Shown here: piece after piece, positions 37,701 through 50,839 of the stretch | How the letters are laid out: each line of letters begins with the position of its first letter | Numbering within the stretch: the first letter of the stretch is position 1 | Assembly (NCBI GenBank): GCA_965655095.1 | Contig: OZ296648.1 | Span: forward strand, 155,992,001 to 156,056,000 | Source: Haplodiscus bocki | Lineage: Eukaryota | DNA length: 64,000 nucleotides | Reading direction: 5' to 3' | Position numbers and translations under genes: made by a program | The notes under the pieces: model-generated | What the model was told of the DNA's origin: nothing | What the model saw: the letters and a program-made list of their open reading frames with translations, nothing else | Databases searched by the model: none

Positions 37701-38099
37701 TTGTTAACAGAATCGTAGACAACTCGTTAGTTCCCAGAGCAACTTACGGAACATCAGCAAAAATGGTTAGGCGATGGAACGAGAAACATTAGTTGCATTC
37801 AGTCGTAAACCGATTGTTTCCTGATTTTTCAAATTTTTTCGACCGACATTTGTGAACAGAAAATTGAATTCTCAAATAATACTTTGCATTATCTAAAAAT
37901 TAGCGCGTCCAGCATGCCTCAAGTGTTGCATGTTATCTGAGTTGAGGAACAATTCAAGCAACACGTATAACAACGTGTTTTGAGACACGTTTTGACTGTG
38001 ATAGATTTTTTCTCATGTATTTGGTGCCATAGTTTGTCAAAAAATATTTTTCCTTAAACTTTGTCGACTTTCCAAAAACGTTTTACCCGATTGCACAAA

Positions 38100-38900
38100 C
38101 AAAAACAAATTGTCTGGGCTTCGTGATGCTCACTGGATTGCCTGAAGGAGCAGTTGAGAGCGTTTTAGGGTACGGTCAGACGTATATTGGTGGTCTGGCC
38201 AAGATATACTTCAGATATAGAATAAATTTTATTCAATTGTTTTCGACCTCCGCGAGAATTTACCACGACCCTCATTACCTGGAATGTTGCCCCCCATGTG
38301 TGCCTCCTAATAACCCTCAACATCTCTTGAGTAATCATGTGACCTCGGAATTTGGAGAAAAATCCTTTAGTCGAGTGTCTGAGAAGGTTTATCGACCCAG
38401 CACGGCTTTTTCGGAAATGTTTTTGGTTCAAGATTGGTATTTCCTTATTTAACACCGTAGCTGTCAACCTATGGGAACATGCTGCTCTGAGACGGCGTTC
38501 TCTAATCGGCGGCTGGTTCTCGCGGACTTTTGAAAAGACAAAATTTTATTTTTAGGCATAATTTTGTTTGAAGTTAGAATAGTTATCTTGAACCTCCGCT
38601 GATTTCTCATGGTTGTCCTCTATCTAATCTTTCCGGAATTATCTATATGATCTCTTGCATTGCATATACATGTGGTCAGCGCTAAAGCCAAGAGGTTCAA
38701 TATCTTCGCGAGCTTTGCACTTAGCACCTTAGCACCTGTTTATCATTTTTGATAACTCCCCAGCAAGTCTTTTAGCAAGCAGTTGATACAAACGATCAAC
38801 CATATCAATTTGTAGAATGTGGAACCGAAATACACCTCGCAACACTTTGAACGCGTCTCCCGAATGTTTCTGTCCGTGCAGTCAAGGAAAGAAGTCGGTG
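38100..38900 (-). pseudogene. Diverged paralog of the array's unknown minus-strand ORF
   Basis: LTTCICNARDH vs LTTCSCKAEQH; LTATVLNKEIPILNQKHFRKSR vs LTITTLNQDIFIWKGKSFSESR; EMLRVIRRHTWGATFQVMRVV vs EVLKEIRRYDFDASSTGMRVV; HHEAQ vs PHDAQ. Confidence 0.6.
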
Positions 38901-39599
38901 CCGTTGTGGCACTAATTTGGAATGAACGTGTTGAAAGGAAATCTAAACATATTTTCCACGAAACAAATCAAAAAAAGGAAAACCTGTGGGCCAAGGTTGA
39001 TTCATTTGAGCAAATAAAAGAACGGTTCAATCAAAGGTGAGTCAAGAATCAAGAAAACTTGTGCCAAAAGCTATGAAATAGTAGTCCGCCAGGTGATAGA
39101 GAAAAACTCAGATCCAAAATTGAATGCGGCGCCAACAAATTTTTGCTAACTTAGCAAAGTTTGCTAACTTAGCTGTCTAACGTCCAGCTTTTTTGTGCGA
39201 AGCCTACAAAAAAGTCTACCAAAAACTGAAAAAATTATTGCGCTCAAGACCATTGAAAATTCTGAAATTTAACTTCACTCACCATGAAATCACGATAGAC
39301 AGACAGCAACAACTGGGGAAAAAGGATAAAACGGAGAGAGCCCTATCAGTCTTTTGTACTACTAAACAACGAGCGCGACACTAGCTTGTTACTGACTGAA
39401 CCTAAAAAAAAACCGAAAGAAACTGAAAAAAAATGGCTTTCACGTGCTTCCAGTAACGTCCCAAGACAAGGATGAAAAATTGATGCTGAAAAAAAAATGA
39501 CTCAAACAATGGTGTGAAACTTGAGAAGCTAAATCTAACAATCTTAGCACTTTTTCAGGACGGATTAAAGTTCTCAGTAGTTGATCAAAAACCTAAAGG

Positions 39600-42500
39600 A
39601 GGCTGACAACCAGACATGAATTGCATACCGTTGAAAATGACATGTCTAATTGATAATAGGAGTACAATGAGGTTCGCAACAGCTGTCACTCAAAACTTGT
39701 ATCTAGAGTTTTCTGCGAGAGAGACATGGTGGAATGAGACGACTAAAGACGCTCAATTAATTTGTAGAAAAAATGAATGACTTTCGCAGTGATGGAAAAC
39801 CATCGGATGATGCTTCCTCGCCTCATGGAGGGGTCATCGTTCTGGTGAGTAATTTGATGCCCATAAAAGAGCATCTATTATCCAATCTAGCTGAAGTATC
39901 GAATTAAGATTTCAGCTGACAAATTCAAATATCTATTGCATGACTTGCAATCACCCGAAAAACATCGCATACAGCTAAAAACAGACTGACTTTCAAAGCC
40001 GTGTGATAACAATCTTTCAATTTGGAATTACCTAAACAGTTATCTATGGTGATGAAAAGTTCCTCTGCAACAACGCAAAAAAATTCAGAGCAGCCGCGAA
40101 GAAGATATTTTGTTTTTTAACGAAGTAATGCTGAACAATTAATTGATCGGCCTACTTATGACAGAAAATCATCTCAGATGTGCTTTCCACGAACTTACGA
40201 GTCGAAACAGTTATGGAAGTTTCATAAAGGTTCTTGAATCATCTGACTAATTTGTTTCGTCTTATGAGATGTCCGTCCCAGTTACAAAGCCTAAATGAAC
40301 AAATGAACGCTTCCTAGTTTCAGAACAACAAATTGTGAATCAGTGAACTATTACAAGACCTAACGGACTATAATCCAGAGTGCTAAACAAATCTGAACAG
40401 AAAGTATGATGGAAATAAAGTTCATTGCAAAGTTGTGAATAATGGCAAAAATCATGTTCAAACCAACATTGAAGAACCTTGATAGTATGGCAACCTCCAA
40501 ATTCGTCAAATTTTACGATTCACCTTCAGAATCACAACCAAAACTACACGATCAAATTAGCATCGTACGGAAAACGGAAAATACTTGGAGTTAAAAAGCT
40601 ATTATTTAAAAAAGCTGAACCCGTTTGGGTGGAGCACAACAAACAAAATCTCTGGCAAAAAAATTCAGATTTAAATTCGAATCTTTCCCTGCAATAGGCA
40701 AAACAGCAAAAAATCCAGATGAACTCAAACTAGACATGGAAAAAATGAAACAAGCATGCAAGAAACAGTCAACCAATTGCACCACTACATTCAATCTTTT
40801 TACTGGTCCCCTTTTGTGTTTGAAGTAGCATCCACTTAATAATAAGGGTATTGACTCAATCAATGAAAGCACGTTGACACTTTTTTCAATCTTGGAAAAA
40901 CACGTTGGGAGACTTTTAATGGTCGGAAAAGGTATGGGGAAGTCGCGAGTATCCGTCGGATTACCAGCAGTGTTTTCAAAGAGATTGCAAAACTGTTGAG
41001 TCAAACTTTCAACGCTATCTTTAAAACAATCAAATGTCTAAGAACAAAACCACTTGTTTTGAAACGTAGCGAAACTTCATCCATTTCCAAGAAAAACGAA
41101 AAGCACATCGTCGAAAGCTGTCGAGAAAGATCGCGGCTTTTTCCCTTGGAAATGTCCTTGAAGTGTGCCCGAAAAGACTTCTCTGAAATTGATTTGTGAC
41201 CTTTGCGTCTAAGTATCAACATGTTCACAAAGAATCAATCTCTATATCGAAACTTCCCGATACTTCTCAAAACTCTTCTGAGTTCGCTGGAAAAAACCAG
41301 AGACGGAACAACTGTCATAATCCACTTTTTTTTTCAATTATACTCGGTAAAGTACCTCACCTGGAGCTGACAACAAATTTGAGAAACTCGCAGTCGGGTG
41401 CTAATTTATACAGATATAGGAGAATTACGTGAAAAAAAGAGAGACCTGTGTTTGTCGTAGTTGCACAGAGTGAACCAAAAAGAGCATTAGCAGTAGCATT
41501 CCGCGTGGTCTTGTAATCAGGCCGCTTTTGTTTTTTCTCTATTTGAACGACTCTTTTTTATCTTTGAAAGTTCCTGCATGAGGCCCTTCGTTCAATTTCT
41601 GGAATTTGTCACTAACACTAAACAAAGCCGCGTTAATACTAAGAAATTTCCTAACGGCGCTGGTTAAGAGTTAACTCTAACACGAAACAGTTGAAATTTT
41701 GAAGACAATTATAGACACATTAGTTTCCGAGGGCACTCGCTCTTAGTTGGAAAAAAAACAACATTGCCGAAAGAATGGTACTCTCAAAACTCAGTTTCAC
41801 GTGTTCAAAAAAACATTTTAACAGTTTTTCGGGAAAAACTATATCTTTGGAATGTTTTTCGCTCACTGAGCGGAAAAGCGTCGGAGTTTCGACAAAACAA
41901 GTTTCAGAAATCTCGTCAGAAGTGAAATCTACGTATCCAAGGTAACAATTTGACTGAAAAAAGTGAGAAAACAAAAATGAAGAACATTTTAGAAAAGTCA
42001 GGACTTCGAGCGGAAGAATTCCGGCATTCTCTGGAACAACTTCGGCAGGCTTGACAAAACTACATTCGACGTGTCCAGGCGAACATCTTGAGGCTTTTTA
42101 AATATGTTCTTCAGTCTTGGACTTGTTCATTTCGACTCGACAAATTGCGGATGAAAAAATCCACAGTTTCGGGAAGAATGAGTTTCCTTTCATAAAATGT
42201 TACGACGGTGAACAAAATTGAAATTAGAAAAACTTGATCTCGAAAGATTTGAAAGATGAAGTGGTCTATACAAAAAACAAGGATGGCTCTTTGTAAACGC
42301 GGGAATCAAACAATAATATACGTTGAGCAAAGAAACGCTTCAGCTGCGAGGTTACATCAAGGAATTTGGAGTGTAAGTAAGGCCTGATCTCACGCTGTAA
42401 GTGCACAATAATGGAAAACCTGATAGAGTTCCACGACCACTCCATTGTCTTCAACTCAACTCGTCTCCAAGCATGAACACACAACCAAATTCTCCAATTA

Positions 42501-43076
42501 TAAATCGAGGGCTTTCCCAGTTTTTTCGTATGCATCTCCTTGTATACACCCTAACAAACTAATCTTATCCAAAACTGAAACATTCCAAAAACTGGTGCAA
42601 AAGAGGTGTTCGTGTGAACGCAAATGGACATCGAAGTGTTTTCTGGAAAAGCAGTAATAATACCTTCTTCCATTCTTCCAATGACTGGATTTGCTTCATG
42701 TGTCAATAGTCTCCGAAAAAAACTCGATTGTAGAGAAGTTTTTAATATCGTGCCAGAACGAGAAAAAAAACATTTGTCCTGCCGCAAGTCTTGATAGAGA
42801 AATCGTTTCTGGGAAAATCCTCTTCAACTTGCAGGATGACCACCCATCTGACCTCTTACATCGATTGCTTCAACTCATGGATTTTAGATATGGATCAGAT
42901 TTATGTTCTCGAAATGTTACCAGAGCCGACAAGCTTAAATTATCTCATGTACCTGCCGGTATGCGTGCGACTGCCAAAGGTGCCCGAAATTGCTTGGCAT
43001 GTGGAAGTTATAGGGACAATCAATTGACCTAGGGTTGAAAATTTCTAACCAGAAAAACAACAAGAGAAGCAACAAT

Positions 43077-43120
<44 letters not shown>
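39600..43120 (+). mobile_element. CR1/L2-like LINE relic with internal insertions, ending at a (CAA)n tract
   Basis: RETWWNE and PHGGVIVLV (APE, ~39720-39850); SIPRGLVIRPLLFFLYLND (decayed PQGS..GPLLF..YND, ~41495-41552); KEFGV*VRPDL...YKS..PVFSYASP..KTETFQK (~42360-42600). Confidence 0.7.
43056..43120 (+). repeat. (CAA)n microsatellite
   Basis: Direct read of the caa run. Confidence 0.95.
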
Positions 43121-43122
<2 letters not shown>

Positions 43123-44149
43123 GAAAACAAAGTCTCGAACCTTAAAGAAAATGAAATGATTAATTTTCAGATCATAAAGGACTTGATATTTTAGTAACCT
43201 ATTAAAAACATGATTGCCGCTGTCATTTTAACGTGAGCTGATAAAATGGTTTCAGTACTCATTTCCAAAGAAGGATGAGTGGCATTGACTGCGACAGCCT
43301 ATCGCTTCCGAAGAGCATAGCCTTTTAGTAGAGCGGAAGTGCTCTAAAATGTTTTCCAGGGACTGCTCAGTGAAGACATGGGTAATCACACGGCTGCTGT
43401 AAGTTCACAGCTCCTTTTCTGGACCTTGGTCATTTCACACCTATATTGCAAAGTTTTCCCAAGTCAAGAAATAGCCAAAACATTACATATCTCGAGCAAT
43501 TTCTACGCTGTATCAAAAAATTCTGGAGAGAAAGGGCCATGGCATGTAGAGCTCGAATATTGAGTCGCAGAAATCAAAAACCACATTCTGAGGCTACGGA
43601 ATAAAAAACTTGGTTGCCTAGAGCACAAGGATTCTGACTTCAACTTCAAAAAAAAATAACTACAACAAATTTGTAACGTGAAACAGCTTGACTTTTGAAG
43701 ATAAAACGGTAACATGTGCATTTTTCTCGTGTTTTTTGGCATGTTTTGTTTGAGAAAAACTACTCATGAAGCCTCAGCATATCACTTGTGCCTAACAAGA
43801 GCATTTGAGTTCCCCAAAAGCGTCCCGATAGGCCAAGTAGAACAGAAAATTTCAAAAAAGATTTGATCATCCGAGAGACCACATCATTTCGACAATATCA
43901 ACGGGAATGAAAATCAAGTATTTTACTTTTAGTGAATGGCCTCCAGTTGAACACAGCTCATCGAATGAATGATGTTATCAAAGCACTTCTCAGACTCTAA
44001 TATGCCAAAAGATGATCCTACAATCCTCCAAAAGTCTAGTCTTTAGCTAGGTTTTTTTGCGAGCAAACGAAACATTGCCTGTCCATAAACGACCAATATC
44101 TTCTCTGTGAAGAGAAACCTCCAAAAAGTGGTCATTGTCACGTTCACAA

Positions 44150-45000
44150 CACCCGATGGTGATGCGGGAAATCTATCACTGTGATATGACTAGTGAAAAT
44201 AACTGTGGAGCGAGTCATGAGAAACAAGTTGAGAAGTCATTTCAATGAAGTCAGTTTTTTCCAGGCCTGCAAAATTTACTAAGAAGGCTGTTAGCTGCCT
44301 GCCCAGACTGTCCAGAGAAACGTTACATCAAAGAAGACAAACAATTGCACTGGAAGACAAAGTCTGTTGAAAGTTTAATGAGCTGTTATAAATTGATCAC
44401 TTCAACATCCATTGATTCCAAGGTGGTCAAACAAGACTATTAGTGATCGTTGACCACCTCACAAAGTAGGCAGAAGCTCTGGCCTATAAATTTGATTATC
44501 ACGCCGCACAATCAGAGGTCGTCAGGTCTTGACACGATGGTTTGCACGTAATGGCCGACCTTCCATTTTAAAACCAGACAAGGGAACCAAATTTACTGCC
44601 GATTTATTTCAAGAGTTCAACAGATTGTCCACAGCTAACCACCCATTGACAGTAAGTCTCGTGGAACTGCAGAAATGGACATTCTGTATCTAGTCCCCAT
44701 ATACTGCAGTCGTCAAAGGCATGAATAGTGTTTGTATCTCGGTGAAGTAATTGGAGTACGCAAAAGCTCTGGTCGTAACTCCACTGGACAAAAACCACAA
44801 GAAGTTGGCTCCGGTAGATAAAATTCAATCCAATTTGCCTCCGTGTACAATGAGATTGCCGAATAGGAAGTCCATTCTCCGCTAGTGGACCTTGTCCGAC
44901 TCTCTTCATATAAAATGAAAAGGTAATGAATTATCACCATTCATCCTGTTCATTTTACCATAACTCACAGTTCATGAAAACGTAGAAAAACGCTTGTGCA
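44150..45000 (+). pseudogene. Ty3/Gypsy integrase relic
   Basis: KFNELL*IDH...LLVIVDHLTK*AEAL, a decayed DxG region, HSVSSPHILQS, VYNE..NRKSIL; heavily frameshifted. Confidence 0.6.
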
Positions 45001-48000
45001 ATGGAAACACAAGACTCGGCAGGGGATTGCTCGTCAAACAGCAACTGTCTAGTAATCGTTAAGTTATTATCCATCTGATGATTCCTCTTCTGGCAGAAAG
45101 TTTCCCTCCCATCCACTATCTTGAGGACAACAATTAATGATTCATCCGATTGAGGATTACTTGATAGTGCGGGCCCGACTACATATTGAGCGCACTCCCC
45201 AAAAATCAACCGACTGGCAATCCGCTCTGGCATCCATCTTGCGTCCGTTCACCGGGGAGTACCAACAGCCATCCTGATATGCTACGTGCAACAAACGTCA
45301 ACATAAAAGACACTGATCCTGTTGCTCAATAGATACCAAAAGTTTTGCCGCCTAGGTGCAAGTCCTGAGCACCACAACTTCAATGAAACTTTACAATAAA
45401 GTCCGCCGTAGGATGCCAACTCTTAGGACAGTGGCAGGCAGAGCAGGAATCAACACATTACTCGCAGCAACCGAGTTTTTGTGATGAATGGAAGTATGAG
45501 CACAATTTCTACAACAAATCGATTCTTAGCTCTAGCTCAACTCAGCCGATTGGCCAAAACTTGGAGGAACATACACCAAAACAAACGCTCGTTAAAACCT
45601 TACCAGCCTTGCAGCAGAGCAGAACACGCGCAGCAGCCTGCGTTATGGCTTTAAAACCGGATTTGTCTTGGAAACACTGGTCCGCTGTGAAACACCAATT
45701 ATTCAGTTTCTACGTGCTCCTCAACTGGAACAAAATTCTGCTTCGCAGCAGAAAGCAGATAAAATCCGCTGGATGTCCAAAAAATTACCAGAAAATTAGC
45801 AGTGGGCAAAGAAGGAGATTTTACTTTTTGGTTTAATATCTTGGCAGCGTCTAATGAAGAGCTGATGCATAATGATGACCGGTTTAAAATTTGGTTAATG
45901 TGAGAATAAACAAGCTTTCCAACAAATCATAACTTTTACAACCTCAATTGTTTCAGAAAAAAGTCCATTTTTTGTGCACAGAAAATTCGAAATGAATAGC
46001 TTAGTGCTTTTTGTATTTTCTCAAATCCATTAAATGATTTTCCATGATCTGAGGATTTTTAAAGTAAGGTGCGCCACCTCTGTCAACTGTACAATGAAGC
46101 AAATAGAAACGCTAAACAAGCGGATCACAGATGAACATCCTACCAACCAAAACCTGAAGTGGGCCACCCAAAAGCAATCCAATTCCTCGGTCAACAGAAA
46201 ATCGGCAAAGTACTCTTTTTCAAAACACAACAAGACGCCTGTTTTCTAAATGTTCCTATCGCTAAAAGACAGGGAAACTTTTCATGTAACGGGAAACACA
46301 GTGGTGTCTGTTATCACTAAGCGCCAGCTACGTTCAGGCAAGACGAAAACATTATAAGCAGACGTTGGTGAGCACGACATTTTCAAGAAAAGAGAAAGAG
46401 TGCTGGAAACGATTATATTCGGACAAAAGTCTCAATAACAAATTTGCCAGTCATATCTTCCTGCTTGTTATCGCTGCCATTTCGAAAACAGATCTTTTCA
46501 AAGAAACGTTGTGATGGTGCATGGAAGACTATTTAGACTTTCGGTCAATTACGGCATCGATAGAACTCACTTCTCCAACCAATCTCCCGAACGCGAATGC
46601 AACAACTTGCAAAGCTGATAACAACATCTAATGGATTGCTTCGAGGATGGAAGAATCAAACTACGTCTGGAAGATCAAATTGCGTGAACAGAATTGAAAA
46701 TTAATAGAATAACGAGATGAAACAGGCCAAAAATATGGCGAAGGAAGAGAAAAGATAGAAGTTTTTGAGAAATGTGAAGAACCTAGAACCAAAACAAATC
46801 TCTGTAGAGCAAAGAAAACTTCGAAACAATCACAGAGTCGTCCAACCACCGTAACGTCCGTTGAAATTGTATATTGTAGTGCATCATCCGGTCTTGATGA
46901 GCCCTTTCTTCCAGAACGATGCTGTCACATAGGGTTGACCAATCTCAGTTTCGAGGACATCGATTTTTGTAAGCAAAGCTGCTGGAGGCAGCTTGGTAAT
47001 TCGTGAGAATGATGAGGTGTAGTAGTTGTAAGGCATACTTCTGTTTGTCTTTCACATACCTGAAAACAAACGAGATTCTGAAGAAGTCAGCAAAGACAAA
47101 AGCTTACCTTAGGCGTCTAAACGAGTCATGCATAAATTGACTGACTTGCTGGAATAGTGCACGAGGAAACTCAGAAAACAGACATTCATTTTGAAAGGAG
47201 CCAAAATTCGGAAAAATAACAGGTCGACCCAGCAATGATCAAATTGAAGCAGCGGCCGTTTTTGCAGTTTCAACGTGACTGAACTCTGGGAAATGAGTGC
47301 CCGCACAATCAAACCAGAAAAGCATCAAGTTCAACTGCGGCAAAACTTTTTCTCTCGATCGCCGGTGTGATCGAACATGACCCCAACAAGACTTCAATTT
47401 ATCTCTTGAATTAAGTTCCGGGGATGGGAAAGTGCAGACGAGTGTCACGATGATCAAAAGATCGAGTTCCTAAGAAAGCTTAACGGTTGCAAGACTGTTA
47501 CAGGCAGGAAGTGCACACATAATTGAAATATTTGACTCCGCAAAAATGAAGTTTCCGAAAAGACTGGATTTGGAGGAATCACAGCCCATGAGAGCAACTC
47601 TTTCAACCTTCAGTTGCTGAAAAGGTTAGATGACGCTAGACCATTCAGAATATACCCACACTTTAATGGACTTGGATTTTGTTGGAGAGCCAGTAGTCAA
47701 CCAACCGGATCCAGTAGCCTGCCTCATTAGGGAACGCTTTCACGCTCAACCTAACAGTTTATCAGATGAACAAAAAACATTAGGGATTTTGGGAATACCA
47801 AGCAATAAACTGTCAGCTTTCATGAAGATGCGCAAATATAACGTTCAGGCCTCTCCGCAGAAGAAACCATTAAATGGCAAAAAACTGCAGCAACAACGAC
47901 GGACAAAAGTATCAAAAGAGACTGCGCAGTTCCATTGCCTTGGTTATTCCGGACTGCTGTGGAGTAACATCCCAGCCTAACCTGGGAACTTAGATACAAA

Positions 48001-48409
48001 ATACGCCGGCATCACTCCGCGGAAAGTCTCTACTCGAAAGGAAAAACTGTTGACCCCGACTTGAATTGAAAACCAAACGAATCGATTCAGTTTTCTCTGT
48101 GTTCGGAACCCAAGATAATAGTACCTCACGTCAATATATCGGGGATGCGGAGACAGAACAAAAATAAAAAAAGTCAACTGATACCGGATCTTGATACAAA
48201 CGGATTCCAAAACAAATTAATTCTGAAGAATTACATTCCTGCAACCTATAAGGCGAACTCTCTCTGTCATTTCCTTGCAATGAACCACATAACACTAAAA
48301 AATTTTGAGTCATCAGGACGTGTACTTATGCGTCCGGCGTCTTTATCTGTCACGTCAGGGATAATATGGCTCGCAAGGAGCTGTTAAGGAAATTGAGCCA
48401 AAAGTTGTT

Positions 48410-48900
48410 AATTCATGGACGTCAAAGATGTCATTTTGGGTCTGATGGGGGCAAAAACCGCCGATGGCCAGAAAGTTTGTCAAAATCGGAGCACAAAGAC
48501 TGCGATATTGTCTAATCTCAATCCTTCATTGATTGCAAAGTCTCCAGTTTTTTTCCACTGCTCTGGAAAAAGTGCCATGCAGAGACAAGAGAAAAGTCAG
48601 AATCACTGAACCCTTTTTCCCATCGCATCACACACGCTACATCCTCACGAAAGTGATTACTTGGCAATCTTTGCTGAACGTTTGATTTTGGCCACGTAAC
48701 TGACAACCCTTCACAAAATTTAACTACGTGTGATTTCAGCTTCTGTGGCTACGGGTATTGAATGGTAGCATTGCAAAATGAGCACCGCTTAAAAACCATC
48801 GCAAAAGAGGAGCGCACAGCAGTCTCAAAAGCCTTTGCACCTGAATTTCAAGAGCATATTCCTTAAAAACTAGAACAGTTACAAGAAAACCTCCTACCGT
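48410..48900 (+). pseudogene. Tc1/mariner transposase C-terminal relic
   Basis: SQNLTTCDFSFCGY resembles the SPDLxPxDFxxWGY motif. Confidence 0.45.
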
Positions 48901-49249
48901 AGTTCTTAGCAGTCGGCTCCTTTTGGCATAACTGGATCGAGAGCGCTCAAAATTTGAAAGTAATTCTTCAGTTAGATTAAATAAAATGGGAGCCTGAAAA
49001 AATATATGAAATTATTCAGCAGCACAACCAAGAACTTGATCAATGAAGTCTTGAATAAAGGCACGTACTTGTCCTGGTGCCAACCTTTACAAATTCTTCA
49101 TCTGGAGAATTCAGCTGACAAAAAAGTGGATAACAAGGAACTAGTTATGTTGACTGGATAGACTTAGATTCCAACTTTTTTCAAAACGATTTCTAGCGTC
49201 ACTGATGAAGAAACTATCAACAACGGTCAGTCATAGGCACAGTTCAATT

Positions 49250-49960
49250 CAGTTAAATTATTCTTTAGGTCACCCTCATGCCTAGAAGATGGCTGATTTG
49301 CAGGATCTGTAGCGACAGTAGATCAAGTAGCTATCTCAGTCCTGCAGGGTCGAACTCTGTTATTCTTGATGATCACGACAACATTGTTTTCCACTTCAGA
49401 CTTAAGGCTGAAAGCCTTCAATAATTTAAAGAAAATCCCAAACGGAGGTTAAACAGCAGTAGCAAAAATCGGAGCAACTCATTTGCCATTGGGTTCAACC
49501 CACAACAGTCTATACCTCAAGTCTGTTTGCAAGGTCACGAACTTCCCACGAGCCACGGAATCTTGATGCCCTCTCAAAACGCCGAAGTAATGAACGTGAA
49601 AGTAAAAGACATTCTGCCAACCTGTTCTGCCGTGATTTAGATCATCTCTGGCTCTGTATCCAGCGCTACATTTCCCCAAGAGAACACTGCCACCTACTGT
49701 GAGGCAAAGTGTTTCCAATCTTCTGTCTTTCGTGCAAAACAGTAGAATACCCAGCTTGGCAAACTAATGGGAGAATTAATGATACCAGCAGTTGTCAACC
49801 TATTCAAAAAAGTGTAAACCTTCTGGTAAGAGATTAGGAAGGTCTGAACAAAAGATAGACTGAAAACTCTTATACTGCCCAACCAGCTTATCGTTGAGAT
49901 GTATCACTCACACTTTGGGGAGGAAAATAAGTTGTATAGAGCAATGCAACTGACTAATGC
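49250..49960 (+). pseudogene. Ty3/Gypsy RNase H end / integrase zinc-finger relic
   Basis: LICHWVQ...RNLDALSKR (NADALSR motif); LILPNQLIVEMYHSHFGEENKLYR (HH part of the integrase zinc finger). Confidence 0.55.
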
Positions 49961-50368
49961 AAAAAATCAGAGCTCTGTTTACTAAGTACCAGCGTTTGCT
50001 GGCACATTGTGACATCACGGATGATGATGCGACGCTGAAAAAAATTTCATCAAAAATAGGAAGAGGAACTACATAGGCAGACCTTTGAACTCGTTCGTCT
50101 GCCTCAAGTGCCCCAATTTAGTGCTTCATTGCTTCTATGTACACATCAATTGTTTATGTTTTCTAAGTGCTTTCTTTTGTTGCTGTGCTGTCTCGAATCG
50201 AATCTAAACTCACAGTAGTTAGCTGACAGTCGTTCCTTTTTTGTTAATCTAACTTTTTTTGCTCTTTCTCCTTCTTCGCTGCGAAGTTGTCGACTTTTAA
50301 AGTTTTTAGAGTGCAGGTCAGCTCAACTGAAAGTTTCTGGACTGGCTCGGAATAAGATTCTAGTTTAC

Positions 50369-50839
50369 TTAGATTGGAGAAAAAATATGTCTCAATGTGC
50401 TCAGAGAACTAAAAATACTGTGAGGGTAAGTTTCGATCACCGTATGCGAGATGGTCTCTGCCTCTGGGCTATTGAGTTGACCAGAGTGGTGAGGAAAATA
50501 CCCCACTTCGGGATAGGGATCGTTTAAAGAGCGATCCCCATGAGTTTCCCGGTTTTCTGAATTAGAGTTTCTGGACGTTCCGTGAGCGGCTACAGAGCAC
50601 GTCCGAACTTGTGGATTAAGAAGAAACTCGTCAAGTTTCGATAAGGCACCCAAGATGCGTGACTCCGTTTTGTTAAATTCCTTAGAAAGTTTCTTGGTTA
50701 CCCTCCCTTCAATCTCCTCAGAGACTTGGGAGATGTAATCCTGTGTTAACTCAGGGTCAAGCACATTCCGTCCTGTACTACCTTCGGGCGTTTCTCTTGA
50801 AACTGCCGCTAATTTTCTCTTGTTTCTCAATGTTGCCAT
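50369..50839 (-). CDS. Gag-like N-terminal ORF (MATLRNKRKLAAVSRE...) starting inside the LTR; 140 codons LTR-encoded plus 16 codons from flanking DNA
   Basis: Uninterrupted ATG ORF with helical QDYISQVSEEIEGRVTKKLSKEF..ESRILGALSKLDEFLLNPQ; crosses the LTR end at 50419. Gag assignment is from my recall of this family. Confidence 0.7.
   Translation of the reverse strand: MATLRNKRKLAAVSRETPEGSTGRNVLDPELTQDYISQVSEEIEGRVTKKLSKEFNKTESRILGALSKLDEFLLNPQVRTCSVAAHGTSRNSNSENRETHGDRSLNDPYPEVGYFPHHSGQLNSPEAETISHTVIETYPHSIFSSLSTLRHIFSPI

Larger units (their letters stand above)
25631..38098. repeat. Tandem array of a ~3.5-kb unit: units start 25631, 29123, 32625; unit 3 is fused to unit 4 by a ~1.58-kb deletion at ~34884; array ends 38098
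   Basis: Near-identical ORFs recur (MLTTCSCK.. at 26397, 29889, 33416, 35359). CACAA marks the unit junctions and both array ends. Confidence 0.95.

Noticed and set aside
42935-43120. Poly-Leu ORF, and the Ser/Leu/Phe ORF at 52307-52597
   Set aside because: Translations of (TTG)n and (TC)n microsatellites.
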